Source: Lama glama
Lineage: Eukaryota
DNA: 64,000 nt
Reading direction: 5' to 3'
Assembly (NCBI GenBank): GCA_028534125.1
Contig: CM052816.1
Coordinates: 45,262,001 to 45,326,000, forward strand
The first letter of the stretch is position 1. The number at the start of each line of letters is the position of its first letter. This document shows positions 54,355-64,000 of the stretch, in pieces. Under the pieces are notes generated by a model. It did no database searches. It had not been told where the DNA came from and saw only the letters and a program-made list of their open reading frames with translations. The position numbers and the translations under genes were made by a program.

Positions 54355-54610
54355 CATGTTATTTACTAAATGCCAGGCACTCTTCTCAGTATAAGAGTAG
54401 AATCAGTGGAATAGCATTTAATCTTCACAACAATCTCAAGAGGTAGTTACTAATATTTATCATCTCCAGTCTATAAGTCAGGGAATCAAGGCACAGAAAG
54501 GTTAAATAACTTGTTCTGCATTAAACTCTAGGAGGAGGCAGAATCAGAGCTTGAAACCGATCACTTGGTCTGCCTCCAGAGTCCCTTCTCTAACCACTGC
54601 ACCACACTGC
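54355..54610 (-). mobile_element. MIR SINE
   Basis: tgccaggcact...atttaatcttcacaacaa...aggcacagaaaggttaaataacttg...ctccagagtcc. Confidence 0.82.
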
Positions 54611-56623
54611 CTCTCTAAACAAGGGGGCTGCTGGGGCTGGGCACTGAGCGAAGTCTCCTTAAAAAGTTTTAGCAAGAACTTCTAGAGCTCCAAAGAGTAT
54701 CGTCATCAAGATACAAGATATTACCTTTAATTTAAAAAATTAAGATTTATCAGCTTGAACCAACATAACACTTAATATAGCTATACCTGGAATAAAAATT
54801 CCTTTGGAAGAATAATGGACACAGATGGATTTGGGTCCAAGCTACGGCCAACTCTACCTTATTATAGCCAAAAACACTCCATAGGTTTATTTCTTTGATT
54901 ACATCCGAAATAATGAAGCAGAGATGGAAATTTGGTGCTTCTTAAAAGGGTTACATCTAATTTTCCCAGATGGTGAACAGGAAATTGCAGATAAACAGTG
55001 GACTGAGGATAAAGAAACCACAGAAGGTTCAGGCTGTCGCTGAGCACACATTAATAAAATTGTTGGGGGTTACTACTAGCTCAAACTATAGCTTGTTTGT
55101 TCTCTTGAGAAGGGGAAAAAAAAGCCAGAAATCAAGTTTTAAGGGTCTCAATAAAGAGCTGGAGCAAAACAGTGAACGCTTTCAGTGCTCATGATCCCAT
55201 GTAAAACCATGATGGAGGCTGCCTTCTCGGGTGCCTCCCATTTATGGGTCTACGAGCACAGTTTTGTTAAAGCTCTGACATACAGGACTTTAGAAATGCA
55301 TGAAAGAAACAGGATAGAGATTGTTTGCTAATGTGTAGGGTATTACTATTTTTTTTAAGACTGCTGTATTTTATAATAGTGACATTTTATTCAGATCACA
55401 TTATCCTGATTTAATAGATAGTCCTCTACAACGTGACTGGCTAAAAATCAAAAGGTGTATCATGCTGAAGCAGTATGACAATTGTTTTAATATCCAAGGT
55501 AGTAGACACATCTTGTGATATCCAAACGGACAGCTCTGGCCCAAATGTGAATGAAATAAAACAGTTTACTTTGTGGCTGTAAGAAAGGTGCTTTTTTTTA
55601 ATACACCAACTGTGCTGTGATACTTATAATCCATTCTTACTTACCGTGGCTCCTAACAGCATGACTATTGCAGTTTTCTATTATTCAAAATAAAAACAAC
55701 TGTCTGTAGCAAAGCACAATTTTTCCATAATGCATTAACTACTCAACTGATTCCAGAGAAGTTCAGGCAGAGCTTGGGGAGATCTTTGAACTGAAAGCAT
55801 GTCTTCCTGGGCCAATGGTGTATGGATCAGAGTAATCAGACTGAAGGCAAATCAATAAAATGAAGAAACTCAAGCTTAAAACCTCCACGAAGCCTAAATA
55901 ACTTTCTCATCTCTTTACCCTTAAAATTACCTCCTAATGGAGACCTAATTTTAAATACACAGTTCTTAAATCTAAGATGTTCCTTATACCTAAAGAGAAA
56001 GGAAAATATATTAAGCCTGTATTTATCTGCATGTGTTCAATCTGTTTTCAGAGCATCATGAAAAAGGAAATTACAAATCAATGAAATCTCATGATGGGAT
56101 TAAGGTATAGATTATATTAACCAATTGAAATGAATTATTTCTATTAACATACAGTCGCTGAAAACTTTCCTCTGGCTTCAGAAAATTTTTGTCTTTTAAG
56201 CAGACTCTAGTCGAGGTTCTGCCAGAAAGAGATTATTTCACATTGGGCAAGTCATCTAACATAGTCAGATGTTGTTACTTATTATCACTTAAATAAATGA
56301 GACGACTACAGAAGGAGAAGTTATGTAGAAGATGGGCCTTCAGTTTCTTTGCTGAACCTATATTCTATCATTCAACTCCATTTTAACCTGGATTCAACAT
56401 TGAATCTATTTATAAAGGTGCTATGAGCATGTGCTTTTTATTTAGTATTAATTTATGATATTAATAAACTCTATCCTTTCATAATGATTGTTAAAATGAA
56501 CTCTTGGTTGATGATAATAAGAGATGGAGACAATAGACCAGATGATCCAACAATGCAGATAATTAGAAATTGTACCAGTTTCACATTGTAATTAATCTTT
56601 TACTTGGCTTAAAAGCGTGTCTT

Positions 56624-56709
56624 GGAGGTGAGGGTATAGCTCAGTGGGTTCAATCCCCAGTACTTCCATCAAACAAACAAACAAATCTAATCGCCTCCCC
56701 GCACGGAAA
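56624..56709 (+). mobile_element. Vic-1-type SINE with a 33-bp internal deletion
   Basis: gagggtatagctcagtgg|gttcaatccccagtac, (AAAC)n, ctaatcgcctcccc, oligo-A. TSD aaaagcgtgtctt (56611-56623) / aaaagcatatctt (56710-56722). Confidence 0.88.
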
Positions 56710-57779
56710 AAAAGCATATCTTGCTTCTACTCACTGAAAACACAGTAGCTAGAAAGTTGGCAGTCTAGGAGTCTGCTATGCATGCTGACAACACCAGCAT
56801 AAGCATAATATTTGGTAGATTCACAACAAAGATTGCATACACAGATAATTAAGAACTGAGTGTATTACACAAATTAGCATCAACACACATTTACTCAGCA
56901 AATATTTTAGGGTCTGTTATGTTCCAGCCCCTAAGATGCAAATTTGTAGAACACATGATTCCTGCCCCTCATGAAGCCTGTACTCAGCTAACTCTTTGCC
57001 TCTAAGCAGCACAGGGTCCCCGCCAGTCAAAAGTATAACAAGGAGCTGTATTTTAAAAGATTTCAGAGAAAGCTTTGAATGCATTTCAACTCTTACCAAC
57101 TTCCAGCTAAAAATTCCTCTACCTCAAATCCAAATGTTTAATGCTTCTGCTCAAACTTCTTTTATTCTGTTTTATCTTGAATACAGATGCAGAAAGAGTC
57201 ATTTTTTTCTGAATTAGAACCATGTATATGTAAAAGCATTCAGTTTGTCTTTTACTATTGCAATACATTTGCATCTTGTCTCCATCTCAAAAGGCTTTAT
57301 TTCGCATAGACAAAGCACTACATTCATATTTACTGATTTTAACATTTCATTTTCTACCCACTATGCATCCTTGGAGAACTCTTCCAAATCCTTTCCAATT
57401 TGTTTTCAGCCTTTTTTTTTTTTAAGTTGAAGACTCCCAGCTTAGATAAAAGCAACTCATTTAAGGGTAGTAAGATAGTGAAACTAAATAATCATTTCCA
57501 TACTATCTACATAGTTTTATTCATCCTTCTATTTTCTTGATTTTAAAACTTTGGCACCTATTGATTCACAATGTAGTCTTTTCATCTTTTTATATGTATT
57601 ATTGCAAAATTATTTCCTCTTCATCTTACATTTATATTCCTTGTTTTACTCTTTCAGGTCTGTAACTCTAATTTTACTCTTATTGAAATCATTCAGTGAT
57701 GTATCAGCACTTTTCTAATTTTCCTCCCTGAAATGACATCTATTATTTGCCAGTTCGCATGCATATCCATCACCTCTTC

Positions 57780-58240
57780 CTTGTGGTCTGGAATCACATC
57801 TCCCTCCTCTTATAGAGAAGAGATTACATACAGCTCTGGTTAAACTGGCCAAAGCAAACAGGTGACTTGAGTTGGACAGTCAGTGCTTCATCCTCTGGCC
57901 ACAGTGATTGGTTTAGGGATGGGGACGTGACTCAGTCTTCTATTTTCATTGTGGGAAAACAATACACTTTTCCATTGGGAAACTGAAGAAACCAGAAGGA
58001 TCACGTAGGCTAGGACTTGCCAGTGGCCTCTTTTCCTGCCTCATGGAGAAAGCCTGCCAATACTGAAAGTAACTAAAAAATCCAGAGGTGAGTCATGGAG
58101 TGAGATAGAACCCTGATGACATCTGCTTTATTCAGCGCTGCCTGAATCCTACTCTGCTCTAAAGGTTTCAACATACATGAGCTATGTTTTCTTATGCTAG
58201 TTTGAGTTGGATTTTTTGTCAATTACACTTTAAATATTCC
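57780..58240 (+). mobile_element. LTR16-like ERVL LTR remnant
   Basis: ctggccacagtgattggtttagggatggggacgtgac and tttgagttggattttttgtca motifs. Confidence 0.6.
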
Positions 58241-58739
58241 AAGAATATGCTTCTAGGAGTTCCTTAATCTTAAGAAGTAATTTACACATCATGAAAATCA
58301 GGCTCAAAACACATTTGATATGGTTGTAGATACAGTCAAAATGTCTGTGAACAGTAGGACAATATGAGAATAGGATTTAAGCCTCAGAGTTAACACCCTG
58401 GGAATTTAGGGAGCATTAATGATGGCATTATACCCTAATTTAAATTATACAGCTTGGAAAGGATCATACTGGTAGAAAAATCTGAGGCATAATTTTTGTC
58501 AACTGATAGCATAAAGGTATTCTTCCTTCAGTGAATTTAAGAAAATAAGAGCTATATATTTGAGGTTAGGAGGTATATGGAACATCTGAATTCTCTACCG
58601 CTCATCTTTCATCTGCACCAAAGTCAGTTCTTAGAGCTCTGAAGGGAATCAGGTTCCTTATGTGTATATATCTAAAATGCTTGCTGTCACTGAAACAGAA
58701 GTGAATTTATGAGATAAATCCTCAAGAGGCTAGTTAATT

Positions 58740-59450
58740 CTTTCTAGGCACTCTGCCTGTGCAGTCGCCCACGCCAGAAATCTAAGAATCATCCATGACT
58801 TTTTCTCCCTCTAAATCAAATCAATCAGCCAGGCCTGACAACTATACTTTATAAATAGTTTTTGAATCCATTCATGTCTTTTCATCTACATTGCTACTGT
58901 CTACAGACCAGAACACTACCACCTCTTGCCTGGCTTATGGAAATAAGCTTTTATCTCCACTGTCTGCATTCACCTATTCCCCTACAACCTGTTCCTTATA
59001 CAACAAACTGTTGTGAAGGGGAAGCTTTTAAAATCACAAATATAATAACGATATTCTCTCTCTTAACCCTTCAGTAACTTTGCATTGTCATGTAGATCAA
59101 GTCCGGAATCCAGTCTAGCCCCTGCTTGTTTTATCTGATAATCCTGGTCTTCTTGCAGTTCCTCAAATAACCTCGGCTTCCTTCATGCAGTAGGCTCTTT
59201 CTTCTACCTGGAACACTGCATCCCTTACTCTTAACCTTATGATTTCTACTACACTGTTACTTCCCCAGGGACACATTCTTCGACATCAGGAACTAGAACA
59301 AATCCTCCCAATACATAATTTCACATATTAATTTAGTTTTCTCTGGTGCAATTTATCCACATTGCAGTTAACCAGTTTAAAGCTTATCTGTTTAAAACCT
59401 GTAAGCTTCCTGAAGGCAAACACTATGTGCATCTTGTTCCTCTCACATTC
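58740..59450 (+). mobile_element. L2 fragment
   Basis: atcatccatgacttttctccctct; cacctcttgcctgg; ctacctggaacact; ctgtaagcttcctgaaggca. Confidence 0.65.
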
Positions 59451-59609
59451 CCCCTATTATACTGAAGAGATCATTGATTATCTATTAATCCACATACTTA
59501 ACTTTATTCCCCTTCCTCCAACTAACATATGACAGTATTGTTCCCCTCCCCTCGACTTGATGGGACACATTTTGAGAGACAGTTTTCCATGGGTCTCTCT
59601 CTTTCTGCA

Positions 59610-60602
59610 TGTGCTATAAAGTATATCCTTGTTGCTTACTCATTTTATATATAGGAGTTTGTATCTGTTACACCCATACTTCTAATTTGTCCCTCCCCCA
59701 CCTCATCCTGCTTTCCCCTTTGGTAGCCCTAAATTTGTTTTCTATGTCTGTGAGTCTTTTTCTATTTGTAAATAAGTATCATTTTTTCTTCAGATTCCAC
59801 AAGTAAGTGATATCATATGATATTTACATTTCTCTTTCTGACTTACTTCACTTAGTATGATAATCTCTATGTCCACTTACATTGCTGCAAATGGCATTAT
59901 TTCATTCTTTTTATGGTTGAGTAATATTGCACTGTGTGCGTGTGTGTGCAACACTTAAGTTGCTTCCATGTCTTGGCTATTGTTAATAGTGCTGCTGTGA
60001 ACACTGGGGTGCATATATCTTTTCTAATTAGAATTTTCTCCAGATACATGCACAGGAGTGGAATTGCTGGATCATGTTGTAACTCTGTTTTTAGTTTTTT
60101 TAAGGAAACTCCATACTGTTTCTCCATGTGGCTGTACCAATTTACATTCCCATCAAAAGTGTAGGAGGGTTCAGGGTTCCTTTTTCTCCGCACCCTCTCC
60201 CGCAGGTGTAGACTTTCGGATGATGGCCATTCTGACTGGTGTGAAGTAATACCACATTGTAGTTTTGATTTGTATTTCTTTAATAATTAGCGATGTTGAG
60301 CATCTTTTCATGAGCCTATTTGAACTGTATGCCTTTGGAGAAATGTCTATTTAGGTCTTCCAGTCATTTTTTGATTGGGTTGTTTGTTTTTTTGATATTG
60401 AATTGTATGAACTGGTTACAAATTTTAGATATTAACTCCATGTCAGTCACAGCATTTGCAAATATTTTATCCCATTCTGTAGGTTGCCTTTTTCTTTTGT
60501 TGATGGCTTATTTTGCTTATAAACACTTTTAAGTTTAATTAGGTCCCATTTGTTTATATTTGTATATTCTTTTGCCTTAGGAGACTGATCCAAGAAAATA
60601 TT
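59610..60602 (-). mobile_element. Artiodactyl-type L1 fragment (ORF2 end + partial 3' UTR, no poly-A)
   Basis: Peptide LKKLKTELQHDPAIPLLCMYLEK...CTPVFTAALLTIAKTWKQ; atggccattctgactggtgtga; ggagaaatgtctatttaggtcttc. Confidence 0.92.
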
Positions 60603-60984
60603 TAAGCCATGAATTCTTAAGCTGAGGTACCAGGATGGGCTTCATGGAAATTGTGAATCCAGCATGCAAGCACTATTGTTTTAATATAGTTCCTGAAATG
60701 AGTAAATTGCTTTTATTATATTTTCCAAAAGGCCAGGAAAAATATTAAGAACCATTTAAGGGTACATGCATGTGTTACCTCCTTATGAATATTTTAGATT
60801 TATTTGGAGTATATTAGAGTAAGTTGGAAAACAACAATTTCTTCATTAAATCTATTTCAAATGTCAGCTATCTGCGATACTTAATCTAAAACTCCAACTG
60901 GTCAACCTCTTTCTTTAAATCATGTTTTTGTTCTCAAGTACTTGATATAATGTGTGTGGTCAGAGTATGTGAATTTTAGCTAAT

Positions 60985-61160
60985 AAAGTGCCTGGCATTG
61001 TTCTAAGAGCTTAACATGTACTAACTCATTTATTACTTACAACATCCATATGAGGTAGGTACTATTATTATTATTATTATTAGCTGTTACAGCTGAGAAA
61101 ACTGAAGAGCAGAGAGGTTAAATCACTTGTCCAAAGTCACATAGCTAGCAAGTGTGGAAG
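60985..61160 (-). mobile_element. MIR SINE
   Basis: tatgaggtaggtactattatta...gagaaaactgaag...agagaggttaaatcacttgtccaaagtcacatagct. Confidence 0.85.
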
Positions 61161-62729
61161 ATGTGAAACCAGACAGGTAGATACATGAATTTATCTTTGC
61201 TCTTGATGCACAAGCTATATTATTGGCTTCTAAACTTCACTAAAAATTCAAGAACTTTTTGGATTCCTTCTGCTTTTACATGTTGGCCTACATGTGCTAC
61301 CTGATTCGATTTAACTAAATTGGGCTAGTTAATAATACAATTATAAAATAATAATGGCTTACCCATCACATCCTTGGAGAGTACATTCTTAAAATTTGTA
61401 TTATTTGGCAAAATCAGAGTCAAAGCAGTTCAGAAAACTGAGGTTAAGGAAAAAGTGTAAAATGATTCTAAAACATGTTGGGGAAGAAAAAAATATTATT
61501 TCAAAATCTGATAAATACAATTCTTCTTAGGAATATAATTTGGTTAGTAAAACTTCCTAACAGGCTGTTGGGAAGTAAAGGTGTGGGCCTCAAGAGAAAG
61601 AAGAGGTGAGACCAAGGAAAGGTTGATTTGCTTTTCAAAGAAAGTGAGAAAAAAACTGGTTCGTTTTGCAGGGGCAGCCCAAGAGGGAGATAGAGAGAGC
61701 TGAGGACACAATAGAGAAGATATGACAAGCTGAATGATGGAAGAGGGAACGAGCTGAAACAGAGCCACTGAGAAAGTCACTATGGTGCAGATGACAGAAG
61801 AAGCATTAAAAATAAGGATGTCAAGCAAGATGCCCATTATACTGTTTCGTTTCCTCTTCACACTGACTCGTTGCTTTCAGAATTTGGCAGGACACAAAAA
61901 AGCAAAAGATGGCTATGTTCCCCTTCTTTATTGATAAGAGACAGAGAAGAAAACTCATGAAAGCTAATGCAGAGTGGAGAGGGAAAATACAAGAAATGCA
62001 GGAATCCAAGCGCGGAGCTACAGGTGAGGACACTGTACTCCTCACGTTTCCTGTGACGGGGAACCAGGCCAAGCTCTCAAAACCATTATATGGAAGGGTG
62101 ATCCTGAGAGGATGGAGTACGTGATAAAAGCTCTAAAAGGATCCTTTTCCCAAAATAAAACAGATTAATTGATGTTAATAACCCCACCCTTCTTGAATCT
62201 CTCTTCAAATGTTTATAAAAACTTGTTGCAGTGCTGCCACCTATGAGTCTGTGTTACTTTTCCACGAGTTTCGTGTTATTCAGATTTTAACCTGCTTAAA
62301 GTTTGCATGCAGGTCTTATTGGATTGAAATGTAATGTATTTTGTATTCAGACTGACCTTGACTGGTTTTCAGAAGCCTCAGAAAAATGTGTGTGTAGCAT
62401 CCTGGTTTACCCTGGACTTGGACTTCCAGCTACATTTTGGAAGATTTAGAGAAAGCAATCACTGTTACCATGTTTTTAGGAATGGTCAACCAAACATTAA
62501 GTAAAAAGTTTGAAATTTTTAAAATTTTGGGATTCACGTATAAAATCAAGTTATTGCAAAACAGCAGGTTGAAAATTTCTATATACTGTACTTTTATTTT
62601 CCTTTTTAAAGAAATTGAAATACTTAGTGACTCAAAACAATAAAAAATAAATCTTAAAGAACAATGTATTTGAACAAGGCAGCATAAGAAATATGAAACA
62701 ATATATCACTAATATTTTGAATATTAGTT

Positions 62730-64000
62730 TAAAATAAAATGTAGAGGTTGGACTTCAAGTCAATATGGTTGACTATACTGAATTACCCTCTGCTCCAAAC
62801 AAATTACTTGACAATAAACAAGAATACTAAAAATGTAAACATACAATCTAACTCACCATATAAAACAACAAATTTTTACGTTCCAAAAAGAAAGCCACAC
62901 ATTGGTCAATGGGGGCAGACCTGTGACTCAGAGAGCAACCAGAACCAGGGAGGCCTGGGTTTCATGCCTGTGTGGCGGTGGCAGGGTTCTGCCTGCAAGT
63001 CATAGGACTGAGTTATGTGCAGAAACCTAGGTGCCATGAATGGCTGCCAAGATCATGAGAGCGGAACCAGAAGTCTTTGCTCACTGCCCCGAGGAAGTAG
63101 AAAATAGCTGCTAGCCAGAAGTTTGAACTCCCATGTAGATGTGACATCCAAATTCACATATTCATATAATCAGGAACATCAAGCTGAGAAATTAACATAA
63201 AACTGGTCTGGAACCTGTTAATTGTATAGGCTCCATCAAAGAGTACAGGGAATTCTTGCGGAAAACAACCCTTGTCTAGCTAAACTTAAAATTAAAAAAT
63301 CGTCAACTATACAAGGAAATAAAGGTCCTTGTATCATTCAAGAAAAGGTTAAAGACATTATTAACTAAAAATTTTGTCAAGTATATATATATATTTAAAA
63401 AGTATACAAACATGTAAGCAAAAAATTGAACTGCTTAAATCAAACCAATGAAAGAACAGTAAAAAGAAAAGCCAACAAAAAGCTCAGATTTATAGAAAAT
63501 ACAAAATGAGTTAGTAGAAATAACTCAAAGTTTACCAACAACCATGGTAAAGTGATGTATTAAACACCACTAGCTAATAGAGCTTCAGATTTGATTTAAG
63601 CAAATCCAGATATATACCACATGAGATTTACCTAAAAATAATGATGCATAAAGTTTAAAGTAAAGGGTCAGGAAATGTCACAGCAAAATAGAAAGCTGGG
63701 ATAGTAATACTAATACAAAACCAAACAAAATGTTACAAGCATTGCTAGAGATAAAAAAGATTTACTGTTTAATAATAAAAAGAACAGTCCCTCCTGGAAC
63801 ATGTTAACAGTGTGAATCCTGTATGTACCTAACAAGATAGTCTTGAAATATATAAGGCAAACACTGATATAAGGTAACATCAATCCTCGATAATCACGTT
63901 GGGAATTTTCAGTTTTTCAGAAACTGAGATCAAGTTACAAAAACAAAAATATTAGGAAAACAATGAAAGAATAAACTACATAATGAAGGGACTTGGCCAA
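62730..64000 (+). mobile_element. Degraded old L1M (5' region and start of ORF2), running off the window
   Basis: A-rich; gaaagctgggatagtaatactaata; tcctgtatgtacctaacaa...aaatatataaggcaaacactgata resemble L1 endonuclease-coding remnants. Confidence 0.6.

Overview
Mammalian, AT-rich, mostly intronic genomic DNA. It is probably from a camelid (camel/alpaca/llama group), inferred from two tRNA-derived SINEs of the Vic-1 type, artiodactyl-type L1 3' ends, and the absence of any Alu, Bov-A/tA or PRE-1 element I could recognise. The whole window lies inside the 3' part of the adhesion GPCR gene ADGRV1 (GPR98/VLGR1) on the minus strand. Two coding exons are present: 34442-34599 (158 nt) and 9035-9156 (122 nt, missed by the ORF track). 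They splice in frame across a 25,285-nt intron and encode approximately TM5-ICL3-TM6-TM7 of the 7TM domain. The rest is intron containing L1, L2, MIR, MaLR/ERV LTRs, hAT and Tigger DNA transposons, SINEs and microsatellites. The other ORFs in the track appear to be chance or repeat-derived. I did not find a convincing new biological system. The best second-look items are: a chimeric L1 inside one target-site duplication (TSD); an old diverged ~850-bp-offset duplication crossing an LTR boundary; an intact ERV1-type solo LTR with internal tandem repeats; a weak splice donor with an open read-through frame; a candidate poison exon; a SINE with fused A/B boxes; and a GC-skewed MER5A end. Repeat subfamily names come from recalled consensus sequences, not from a database search.
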